A stretch of 63,485 bases of DNA, the filler included, from Phoronis australis (taxonomy: Eukaryota; Animalia; Phoronida), in the NCBI GenBank assembly GCA_002633005.1. It is 12 parts of 12 records of this genome, joined end to end, with 100 filler letters (N's around TTAATTAATTAA, not from the genome) between each part and the next. Parts side by side here need not be neighbours in the genome. Positions count along the whole stretch, not along the records: positions 12,512 to 14,993 come from NMRA01003652.1; positions 15,094 to 18,040 come from NMRA01003311.1; positions 18,141 to 22,770 come from NMRA01002531.1; positions 22,871 to 32,226 come from NMRA01001825.1; 8 more parts are not named here. One strand, given 5' to 3'. Of the stretch, positions 12,611 through 23,692 are shown piece by piece; within the stretch, counting starts at the first letter, position 1; every line of letters starts with the position of its first letter. The translations under genes were made by a program, and so were the position numbers. The notes below the pieces were generated by a model. The model saw only the letters and a list, made by a program, of their open reading frames with translations. It was not told where the DNA came from and ran no database searches.

Positions 12611-15311
12611 TGTGGTTTTCATGATTGGAGTTAATTAAAAAGTGCTGGAGAAAAGTGACTATTTCATTTTCAAGGGATAGCATTGTAAAAGGTCATTATT
12701 CCAAATACCATTCTTAAGAAAGATCTAATGTGCCGTCACCCCCCTCCCTTTTGTTCAGCATCCACTGTCGTATCTTCAAACCCCTTTGACATATACTCCT
12801 AAAATTTTGCAGGCATGTTCTTATCATGGATGGGACAGCACCAACTGACTTTTGGTCATCCCTGAGCATCCAGTGTCCGCCGCTTTATCTCCTAAACCCC
12901 TTGGAGGGTTGTAATGAAACTTGAAAGATGTGTACCTATGAAGATACAACTTTCAGATGAATACCACTGATAGATTTCTATTATGGAAACAACGATGTCT
13001 TCCCTTATGTAGACAGATTTGACGTATTGTGTTTGTATTGTCTGTAACTTGATTTGTAGGATCATTCAGCAACAATTCAATATTGAATGAGTGTGGCAAT
13101 TTGTGCCAACCCAAAGCACTTTGGTTAAAAATTCAACATTGGCATCTAAACAGTAGTGAAATGCACTTTTAATATAGAATTTATGAAAATAATTTTTTCT
13201 GTGTAACGAATCTTGATTATTTACTTGTCCAATTATCCAATTTAAAAAATTCCAATGTACACTTATATGTCATAGTAAAAACACTGTCTGGTATTGCTAT
13301 AGGAGATACATTATGCGGCTCAAACCTCTTGTAGGTATTGGAGTGTCAGCCATGCATAAACTTTTAAAATGACCTATCTCACCATTGTTTACAATTTTAT
13401 CTGTTTCAAACTCAGTATATGCTGACCTAATTTTGCTTCAGGTGATCACTGCATGTGGAGAATTTCTGGCTTACACTGGTCACCCCTCTGATTCCCTAAG
13501 CCCCATACAACTTTTACTATCCCTATTCAGCACGCCCTTTGTATTGATGTAGATCTGAGCTAATGAAGTGGAAAGGTAATAGCTAGCACTACTTTCTTAA
13601 CAATGGTGGTCCTTATTATACCCAAATTGTTTTTCTCTGGCATTTGCACAGAGTTAAAGTCTGCAATGTGGAGAGCAGTTTTAACTTAGTACATTTTAAA
13701 TATTACAAAAAGACGAAAAGTTAATTTGTGTTGATCTTGACAAAGGGCCACTTCCCAAAGGAATATTGTTTTCAAATATGTTTCATACCTGTTTTCATTA
13801 TTTTACTTTAATACTCCTATCAACTTGCACTTTTTCTTACTGGTTAGGATTGCTATCTTTTTATTTTGTGTTTAATCGAAGCATCAAAACAACTTAGAAG
13901 TCAGTTAATTATGAACCCATATCCCTGAATTTTCCAGATAACAGCTACACCAAACATGTCGCAGCAAACAAAACTCCACGTACCATTAGTTCAAGTTCAA
14001 TCTTTATTCAAGAACTCAAATCATAAAATATATACAAATGTGCAAATACGGTGATAGCCAAACTGAAGATTTGGAACCTGTGGACAATTTTGGTTGCAGT
14101 TACTACATAACTATTTTAGCTTTTCCTCAGTCTAAAAATGAAATCACAGCTCTTGCCCACCGACCAACCAAATTCACTGCTTGCACTCTCTCGTTGATTA
14201 CACTCGCCATCTTAGTTGTCTTCACAGGTGTTCCATTACAATTACAAGCTAACTATCGAAACTGGTGCATTTCCGCGAATAGCAGTTTTCCGGTTAGTGT
14301 ACTGCTCCTGGAGTAAAGTAGTTCGGCATGCACTGGGCCATAAGCGCTGTTTTAAAAATATTGATATCTAATTTAGTCACTCTGTGTTGTTTATAGATGT
14401 TTCAATGTAGCTTAGTTGTATATTAAAAGAATAATCCACGTGATATTGTTAACTCTGATCAGTGTTTGTAAATCACCGAGTATATCAATACTCACAGTCG
14501 TTTATCTTCAATCAAACCCAATGTTTTTGTAGTTTTTTAGCTTAATTGTTCATCGATTCTTAAAAATCGAAAACCAAACTTGGTTGTTTTTTCCATCTGA
14601 ATATCATTGTGATATTTGTTTTTAACGAAAACTGTAGGTTAATGAAGTTTGTAAATTTGCCAGTGTGTACAAGCAGAGGTATTTACTACAGATTATGGTC
14701 GGGTAATTACACTTAATTGCGTCTTGCTCGCACCGGACAATGCGGTCATCGCATTCGAGTCCGACTTTGGTGCCGCGCTCTCTTTGATCCCGGTAAAAGC
14801 CGCTCCGAAGGACAAGCAGTGAAAAGTCGCGCATATTTTTAGAAATGCGTGACTTTCATGTAAGTGTGTTATTCACGGCATGTGAATAGTGACCTCAAGA
14901 TTCTGGAATTCCTTTGCATGTTATGTGGTGGTGCAGGAATCAAAGTATGAACCCAGTAGATAGGCAAGGGTCAGCCTAAAGTATGAACACAGTNNNNNNN
15001 NNNNNNNNNNNNNNNNNNNNNNNNNNNNNNNNNNNNNTTAATTAATTAANNNNNNNNNNNNNNNNNNNNNNNNNNNNNNNNNNNNNNNNNNNNACTATAC
15101 TGTACAAAAGTGTGTGGGTCTGGGTTTTTACATCGCTATGGATTACTATAGTTTTGGACATGGTCTGACAAGAGTCGATAAGGGTTGACCTTTGCAACTT
15201 GGTGTGGTCGACTCCTGAGCAGACAACCTAAAATTTTGGTTTTAGTGTTATCAAAGCATAGCGAACCATCTTGTCTATGGTATATCTAAATAAATTTGTT
15301 TGTGTTTGCAG

Positions 15312-15449
15312 AGACTACGTATACGTTCCCCTTACAAGAATCTGGTCGAACCCTCTGTTACCGTAAATTAACAACCGTCACCGGATACATCAATTTTGAA
15401 GACGGCTACTTCATATATCGCCGAGCCAACAAACGAGAAAACACTCTGA
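15312..15449 (+). CDS. Candidate internal coding exon of an unknown gene
   Basis: Acceptor tttgtttgtgtttgcag and donor GTATGG. The 138-bp exon is symmetric phase 1-1 and open in only one frame (TTYTFPLQESGRTLCYRKLTTVTGYINFEDGYFIYRRANKRENTL). Confidence 0.35.
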
Positions 15450-17596
15450 GTATGGCAGACCCGTTCCATGATTTTCATGAGATACTACTCAATAAAGCAG
15501 TGTAACTTGCATAAGTCAGACATATTTAGTGAAAGTCAAATCTTACGCACTCAGCCCTTCAGATAAGTCAGATTTCACTGTACCTCTTGGTTGTCTTGGA
15601 ACAGAGTTATGAAAATTTTACTACTGTATTAATTGACTACCTTGTGGTGAAGCTCAAAAATGCTATTTAACAATATTATAATTTAGTGCATTATTTATTC
15701 ATGTGTTTTCTCGAATAATGGCGAAAGGTTTCATCTGCAGCAATAGTCGGTTAGTAACACTCCGAACTCTAACAGGGTCGCTCAAGTAATGAAAGGCCCC
15801 ATGCATCTCGTTTAGGCCTACTCAGGAGACAAAAAGGACCTCAAATCACTCGTGCGATTGCTGATCATGGTAATGGATTATCTTATGCCAGAAATATGCC
15901 ACAAAAAAGATGGTTTATGAACGAAATTGAGTCTGCATTAGTTAATCATGCATTTCACTGATTTCCACTGAGCAGATGTGGCCGTTTTATATGAATTTTG
16001 ATTATTAATACTATTATTTCAGTGTGGCGCAACAACCAAAAATTCGTATGACACAAAAAAGATGAAAAATAATTTACTATATTCAGCTCGATCAGGCCAT
16101 CGTCCAAATCTAGGGTTCACACGAGTCCCTTATAAGTGCAGAGCACACAAAAATGTGTGTTTATCAGAAATACATGTACGTCCCCACAAGAACTCTACAG
16201 AAACTCGAATGCTCTCGGCGTACAGTGCGCAGATGAGAACGATACACATTTACTCACTGAGACCTTTAGGAAACCTGAGATGCCCCCCCCNCCCCCCCCC
16301 CCCCAAATGGCCACAAAAAGAATTTCAGTCAACACTCCTTCACGATATAAAGAAGACAACCAATATTCCGCAACATGGAGGACTGAAAAGTTTGTTTATC
16401 TCAGTGCCATTCAATATTCCCATGCAAATCTAAATGAATTTTTCGCAAAGCATCTGACACTGAAAATGAACAACTGTCTTTGCCATAGCAAAATCTATTT
16501 TTCTAATTATTGAAATTGTCAACAAAAGTGGTTTAGAGAAAGTGCGTTAGGACCTCCGATATCAAATAAAGCATAATCTTTTCATCGCCACCTAGTGGCG
16601 TAGAGCGAAGTTATTGAAAAAATCACCTTAATGTGTAACACTCCCTAGGATCTATCTTTGGCAGGTTGGGGTAATCTCTAGACCGCTAATACATCTCCAC
16701 CTATTCACAGAAATCGAAATTAACAGAAGAGCGACAACCTAATTGTAACTATATTGTCATTATAACACAAATTGCTTTCGTAACTCACAGCATTTTCCAG
16801 CAAAAAACTTCTTTCCCACAGAAAGAGAGCCCAACAAATACTTAAAATATATGAGCAAATGTTAGAATGTGTCATTATTTGTATTGTTTTACAATATATC
16901 ACATTACAAACCATTTAAGATATTTTCATGAGAATGAAATGTTCGTTTTAAATCGGAATGTAAATTATCCAACCTAATAACTGTGTTTCTTTTTCTAGCA
17001 AAAATACTAAGTCAAGATACAGCTTTAGCAAAATAACAAAATAGTTTTAATGAAAAATCCAATGATTAAGTAACTGGATTATTTCGCAAAAAAATAATAT
17101 GTTTTTTCATACAGAAAGTGAGCCCCGTACTACATCAAATATATGAGCAAAGTCTATGATACCACTAAATCATGATACAGCTAGGTGGAAGACGGACCCT
17201 GGGACAAACCAAAACCAAAAGAGCAATAAAATACCCTATGATGACCAATGAAAACTTTGTGAAGGAAAAATCACGAACATAGTTTGCATTCTCCCAGCCG
17301 ATGAGTTGGGACTAAAGTTTTTGTACCATTCATAAAAAGCAGTGTACGTGGTATTTGTACGGAACAATAATGTGCGGCGGGTGCCCGGGAGTTGGCATCA
17401 AGCACTCAATTTTCCCACCTAGTTCCCTTGAATTCTTGGCGTTATAATTAATAACTTGCACGCGAACTATTGATTCTCGGTCACATGAGCTACTTTTTAC
17501 CTTTATTCGAACAATGCAGAACAGTATCCAGTTATTTCTGTGTTATTACCTTCCTCGGCCGCTATGTTTTACTTTTCCAAAAAAAAACTGTGACCC

Positions 17597-17666
17597 GGGG
17601 TCATGCTGCAATGTAGCAGGTATGTCGTAAGACGTGAGGTTCTGGGTTCAAGTCCCAGTGACCCCC
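17597..17666 (+). pseudogene. tRNA-like sequence (pseudo-tRNA or SINE head) with intact acceptor and T arms
   Basis: Acceptor stem GGGGTCA/TGACCCC, D stem CTGC/GCAG and T arm CTGGG-TTCAAGT-CCCAG. The anticodon arm is non-canonical (6-nt loop) and the D loop lacks GG. Confidence 0.6.
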
Positions 17667-17815
17667 AGTTCTAGTGGAAAATACATGTATCAAGCGTTCA
17701 ACATAGGAATTTTTACCAAAAATTATCAATTTCAAGGAATACCAAAACGATCTTTTGTAATGTTGAACATCAGTTTCTGGAAACCATTCCTGGCTGTTCC
17801 GCATTTTTCACGAAT

Positions 17816-18040
17816 TCATCATCATCGGGTGTCATCTCTTTTGAGATCGACGTGAAATGGACCTCCATCTCTCTCTGCTGTTTGCCAGTCTGGTGCATTC
17901 TGTCATTGTTGATCTTGTCCATGTCTTTATGTCATCCGTCCACATTAATCGTCGTCCTCTTTCCCTTTTCCCTTCCACGTGACCGTATAGTATGTCTTTC
18001 TGTATGTTGTCGTGTCTTGCCGTGTGCCCAAAATAATCAG
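17816..18040 (-). mobile_element. 3' end of an RTE-clade (BovB-like) non-LTR retrotransposon
   Basis: Minus strand encodes YFGHTARHDNIQKDILYGHVEGKRERGRRLMWTDDIKTWT...LANSRERWR, the typical RTE C-terminus (FGH..R, G.VEG.R.RGR, W.D.I, A..R..WR). Stop at 17832-17834, then a (GAT)n tail. Truncated by the gap. Confidence 0.85.
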
Positions 18041-20552
18041 NNNNNNNNNNNNNNNNNNNNNNNNNNNNNNNNNNNNNNNNNNNNTTAATTAATTAANNNN
18101 NNNNNNNNNNNNNNNNNNNNNNNNNNNNNNNNNNNNNNNNAAATTTGGGCTTGTTGAAGGGATCGAATTACGCGTGCTCCAAAGGGGTCCCCAAAATTGA
18201 GGAATCGAGGGCCCTACGCCCCTGTCACTGACTTTACAATGTTTGCACCCAGTTTATCACCAGTGTTTCACTCGACTATAACTGACTCAATAACAAACTT
18301 CCTCACAAGGCCAAAGGCATGACTAGCCAGCCAGCTAGCTGCTGTGAAGCTGAAGAATATAGTCAAAATACAGCAAAGCTGTATAATTAGTATACAGCTA
18401 TGCACCAAGACTAATGTAGTAAGGCATGACAAGCAGAAAGAACTGGTATGAAGACAGTCAGTAGGAGCACACATAACGCTAAATCGTGTGAGACCGTCCG
18501 GAGTTGGTATATGGTGCAACTCCGGACAGTTTGGGCTCAACAGAAAATCACAGTTCTACTGTGAGTCTACACCAATGTGATAAACGAGAGTAGTTCTACT
18601 TGCAGCATTAGCTGCAGGTATCATTATCTCTTTCATGACACAAAATGTGTAGCTGGGCAAAGCCTTTTCAAACTAGTTTATATAAATCAGTGGAGCGCGA
18701 GACCCCTGAGGTCCCTGTCAAGTCTTCACGACAATTCTACGTTATGGGCAGGCACCTTTAATCAGCCATCAATGATATACTAATATTATAGTATATCGTT
18801 GAGGGCTGACAAAAGGTGCCTGTGCAGTGGTAGGAGACTAGGAGACAATGCCAAGGCAATGGTTATTGTCACCATGACCAGTGACACTAATACCTGTGTA
18901 TGCCGAAGGCACAGGCGACGCATAGATAGAGCCACCCTTGGAATGGGCCCAGCACAGGCGATTAAGTGCGTTGCTGCCTTGAGCACGCCTAATAGACCTA
19001 AACCAAAAAGGGAATAAAGTGGAGTCAGTGAGATGAATCATTCATGAATGACACTGTCTCGATTCTCTAATCTAATCTCTACAAGGAACCTCTTCCTGTC
19101 TCTACTCTTGTCTCTACAAGTGACGACAGTACATAACTTACAAGAATCAAGAGTGAGACAACTTCAGCTTAATAAGTACTATAGATTATCAACTCGGCCA
19201 ATTTAAGAGCACATAATGACTGAAAACACCAAACTCCCGACACATTCGAGGAGCAGCAGCCTGCATATGATTGTCCGGACACAATGTCACTTCTACTAAA
19301 CTAAGAGTGGATTTGTGACTTTCAGTGTTCTTCGTATCCCAAAGATGGCACTGCAACGGAGCTCGTGAACAAGTTCAACCCGACTGGAGACTCAGAACCC
19401 TAGGACCAATATCATTACTCCCAGCCGGACAATGTACAACGATATTTGAATTCTCGACTTTGCTGCAACTAAGAGCCAGTGGAACGGTTGTTTTGTTCCT
19501 TTATGGATACAGGGGCATAAATGGGTAATAACGTAATTGGTGATAGTCTCTGACCGAACAACAAATGCTTGCCTGAGCTGCTTCTTAGCCGGGCTCTGGG
19601 ACACTGACGGAGTGACGGTTTGCTAGTTCGCTAATAAGAAAACCGACTGTTTACTGACATAACTCGGTCTCGTACACAATTACCCTGGTAGGATTCCATT
19701 ATGTTACCAGAAAGAACATCCTCGAAAGCATCAGCGTTTCAAATAAAAAAGAGCTTCAAAGTTTACTGGGATTGTATATTATAATTACTTCAGCCGTAAC
19801 GGTTTTGAATGCTCCGACATATCACCGTCGTGTAAGAAAAAGTGTAAATTTTGCTTTAAGTCTAAAAAGCCTTAACTAGTTGGAGTAATGCTGTGTTTGA
19901 GCCAGAGAACTCTAGCCTCTATAGTGGTTTGAATTAAACATTTTTCGGTCTACAAGAGAGAACTGTCTTAGAGGTTTCATTTTTGAACTGAAATAGCGGA
20001 AACATCAGCCATCTGTCCCTTTCTAATTAACGTCCAGAAAACACTTCAACCCGTTTCGATTTTTGCAAAAAAAAAACGCTCATGTATTGCAAAAATCCAC
20101 GAGCACACGAAATGCAGTTTGTCTGGCGTTGTGAGAGACTCCGAGGAACCAAAATGTGAATCAAAAACAAATAATAAAATAACAAGGGTTTTACGCTTAC
20201 ATGGTATCAATGCATTTTTAAAGGCGAAGGCAACCCTTTTCCATGTCATTTTGAGCTAAAATAAGGTGGGTTGGTTATCCTAGACATATTTTCCACTTAA
20301 TTACAGCTTTTCGTAATTTTATTAATTACTCATCCGCTACTCCGGAAGTGACGTTTTAGGAGGCAAGCGTTTCCCGCCACTTGGTTTTGCGTTGACTTTA
20401 CCGTGCGAATCTGTTCTATTGTACTTTTGTTTTGTGCTGTTTTTCAACAATTGTCGCCACCACTTTCCATCGGCGAGTATTCTGCGGCAAGATAGGTTAG
20501 AGAACTCAACTACGCTGGATTTAGGGATTGTTTAGTGTGTTGTAAGCTGAAA

Positions 20553-20860
20553 ATGGCTGGAGTCGGTGACCCGTATCACAGTAACAGTAGTGTGAGTGAC
20601 GGAGACCTTTTTCACAGTAGTGGTGACGAGGAATTTTTTCACGGACATTCAGTGGGTGGGTACTCAGTTTGAGCCCGAGTATGAGGCAGAGTACGCACAG
20701 GCACAGGCAGCTGTTGAGAGAATCGAGGCGGCTACTGAGGACAGACGTGGTGACACATCTTGGTGCAAATGCACAGTGTGCGTTGTTATGCCTACAGTAC
20801 CTCAATGGAATGCTTGTGCTGTTCAGAGTTCGACGAGGCCAAGCTACTACTGGACATGGT
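20553..20860 (+). pseudogene. Frameshifted 5' part of a KolX-like protein (P2X7 cytoplasmic ballast-like Cys-rich domain)
   Basis: Acidic N-terminus, a QFEPEY motif, then WCKCTVCVVMPT and, after a frameshift, MECLCCSE. This matches the WCxCxxCxxMPTxxECxCCxE signature. Confidence 0.75.
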
Positions 20861-21369
20861 TAAGTGGACCTCCGGCACACCACGGACAGAGGAACAACTG
20901 TTGCCAGAGTGTCCCGCGACACACTCCCACTGGATGGTGACCTGAGCACCCAAACTGCTTACATCGTGTCGTGTGACTCCCTCGCTTCACACCTGGCACC
21001 TTCTAAATAGCTCCAACACTTTAGACAAGTCCACAATAATCTTATCAAAGTTTGGCTCACCGATCTGTTCACTGGACGACGAACTGTCCTCTTCACTGGG
21101 TGTCAAACTGAGCCTGTAATCACTCACACTACTCAATATCGCTGTGGGCTGCTTAGAGGCTCAGTGGGCTGGAGAAAACAGCACAGAGCGAATCACTACT
21201 GGTTTCAGGAATTGCACGCTCTGGGGTACGTTCGGAGGCACGAATGACAGTAGATGAAGTGCCTCAACTGGCTCCAGTCACTGTACTGGCCACAGCTCGC
21301 GAGGCTTCTCGCTCTTCAAATACGCACTTCTCGAGGGTGGCGACGAGGCACTGCCGGGAATCAACACAG

Positions 21370-21659
21370 ACGGAATGACAACCTTCTTCACTCAGACGTT
21401 GTTTCGCAGGGACCTTCATCAGTTCAGCGTACAAATCCCTTTCGTAATCGGACGGGAAAAAGTGCTTGCCACACACACAGTAATTCTCCACTGCTTTGTA
21501 CGTTGCGTGGACGNTTGTACGTTGCGTGGACGGGTAACGCTGCGTTCTTCACACGAACGAGCCAAGTACGACGAAGTGTGTCATCCATCGGAAATTTAGC
21601 GATGCAAAGGTACTCCCAAAGCGCGCGTGAGCCAATGGTACGCAGCAACAGTGTGGCAT
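21370..21659 (-). pseudogene. Frameshifted THAP zinc-finger N-terminus of the Kolobok transposase
   Basis: Across frameshifts: MPHCCCVP...GVPLHR/FPMDDTLRRTWLVRVK...YCVCGKHFFPSDYE...RL, matching the THAP C2CH pattern (C..P.C, FP, W, CxxHF). DDE core absent. Confidence 0.8.
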
Positions 21660-22223
21660 ATTGACTGACTAGTAAATGAAAGCAAACGACGACAGAACTT
21701 AATATTAACACAACCGAGGTAGAACAATGACTGACTCGGCAGCTCTCACAGTCAGACTATATGAAAAGAAATTGGCGCAAAATGCTTGCCTCCTACTAAA
21801 AACGTCACTTCCGGAAGAGCGGACGAGTAATTAACTAAAATTACGAAAAGCTGTAATTAAGTGGAAAATATGTCTAGGATAACCAACCAACCTTATTTTA
21901 GCTCAAAATGACATGGAAAAAGGTTGCCTTCGCCTTTAATGTGAGTCGTGACTGTGTATTTTGGGTGAGTGGGTCGTGTTTAGAAAGTGCGATCCCTTGT
22001 ACATGTAATGAGTCAGTGAATGGTGTTAGCATGTACGTGTTATGTTTTTGCGTCCGTGACCGTGTTTCGGAGTGCAGTTTATGCACGTAATTATGCAATC
22101 TTTGGTCTAAGTACCTTGGTACACATACATTTTATATTAGTGAAGTTCGTATGAGCTCATTGCCTCATCGTGTGTGGTATCTTTACCGTGTCAACTGCCG
22201 TAAAAAACGAAGCAAAACTCCTG

Positions 22224-22294
22224 TGCACTGCCCGGGAATCGAACCCGGGTCGCAAGAATGGGAATCTTGCATGATACCACTACACCAGCAGTGC
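22224..22294 (-). tRNA. tRNA-Gly (anticodon CCC)
   Basis: GCACTGCTGGTGTAGTGGTATCATGCAAGATTCCCATTCTTGCGACCCGGGTTCGATTCCCGGGCAGTGCA: 71 nt, paired acceptor stem, canonical A and B boxes, T4 and T6 Pol III terminator tracts just downstream. Confidence 0.95.
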
Positions 22295-22870
22295 GTAGGC
22301 ACACACCGAACTCAATTTTTAGCATATTTAAAGTATACGCTACTACTACCCTTACATAACAAACGCATTTATATAACTGTATTGGAAATAGGTTATGTAA
22401 TTACACACTCTTAAAGAATCATCGGCAAAGTACGTTTTACAGAATCCGCTACACTCGCACCTGAGAAACTCCTTTAGCTGAACGAGCTTGACAGTGACTT
22501 TTGGCCGGATACTGCGCAATCGGTCATGCGCAAAAGAAGTCTGCATTATGCTTTGGAATGTACACACTAAAAGGACGCACTAAAGTTATCACTCAAACAC
22601 GAAGAGGTGCTCAAAATTTACGCATTATTTCTAACCATTCAATTTACATTCAATGTTAGATGAAATGAATTATTTTTTTCGCCATAATGTTACATGATTT
22701 TGTGTTTTAGACGCTTTCCAGTCTACGATTGATCTGGAAAAACGTGATCCAGTGAAAGTTCAAAAACGAGNNNNNNNNNNNNNNNNNNNNNNNNNNNNNN
22801 NNNNNNNNNNNNNNTTAATTAATTAANNNNNNNNNNNNNNNNNNNNNNNNNNNNNNNNNNNNNNNNNNNN

Positions 22871-22913
22871 CCCACACACACACACACACACACACATACA
22901 CACGCACACACAC
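22871..22913. repeat. (CA)n microsatellite
   Basis: Direct observation, at the gap edge. Confidence 0.9.
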
Positions 22914-23583
22914 AGAAATGAACCTTTCATACACCATGGAAGCGTTGAAGCTCCGCTGTTAAATCCACTTATTTACTGCGAAATAAACTTGGGCTCTTAA
23001 CTTCGATTCGAGAATGAAGTGGAACATTCATGCGCAACAACACTGCCCAGAACATCAAAGCGGTGACCTTAGAGTGAAATGCACTTTCGACATCCTGTAG
23101 CTGCCAAGTGCCAACTAAACTGGGTATTGCATATTTCAACTGCGTTTAAGATCTAATTTCATAACATCAGCAGTTCATCACTTCTTCTTATCAAAGAACC
23201 AATTATAGTGCATGACTGATTTGTGAACCAGTGGAGGATGAGGACGTGAATTCAAATCACTTGAAACAAGTGGAAAAGGTAAAATAAATTCATAAATTCT
23301 AAACGTGACAAGCTCGATTGACCAATAAATGAGATTGGTAGAAATGCATTTTGCGCATACCGCATTTCAAGTGTGTCAGGATATGGACGTCAATTCTGCT
23401 TTAGAAGAATGAGAAGATAACCTTGCTTAATAAAACCAGCAAAGGATGTACTAACATGTGAAAACAATCAAAGGATTAGTCTCCCTTGTAAATGTCACAT
23501 GGTCTCCCTTGTAAATGTCACATCAGATTGATTTTTGCTCAGCAACTATTTAGTAGCAGAAAAGCCAAGTTAAACAAAATGGG

Positions 23584-23692
23584 GGCAATAGTATGATATA
23601 ACGTGCCTGTATTTTGAGAACCAGTTTATGCCTGCTATTTAGAGGAGAAAACTGGTTCTCAAAATCCAGGCATGTTATGTCAGACCATTACC
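23584..23692. mobile_element. 109-bp hairpin MITE with 9-bp TSD (Merlin- or Mutator-like)
   Basis: About 44-bp imperfect TIRs (GGCAATAGTATGATATAACGTGCCTG... / ...CAGGCATGTTATGTCAGACCATTACC). CAAAATGGG is repeated at 23575-23583 and 23693-23701. Confidence 0.75.

Larger units (their letters stand above)
20222..21935. mobile_element. Internally deleted Kolobok-superfamily DNA transposon
   Basis: TTAA at 20218-20221 and 21936-21939. Near-identical ~155-bp TIRs begin AGGCGAAGGCAACC (RR termini). Contains convergent THAP and KolX-like gene remnants. Confidence 0.85.
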
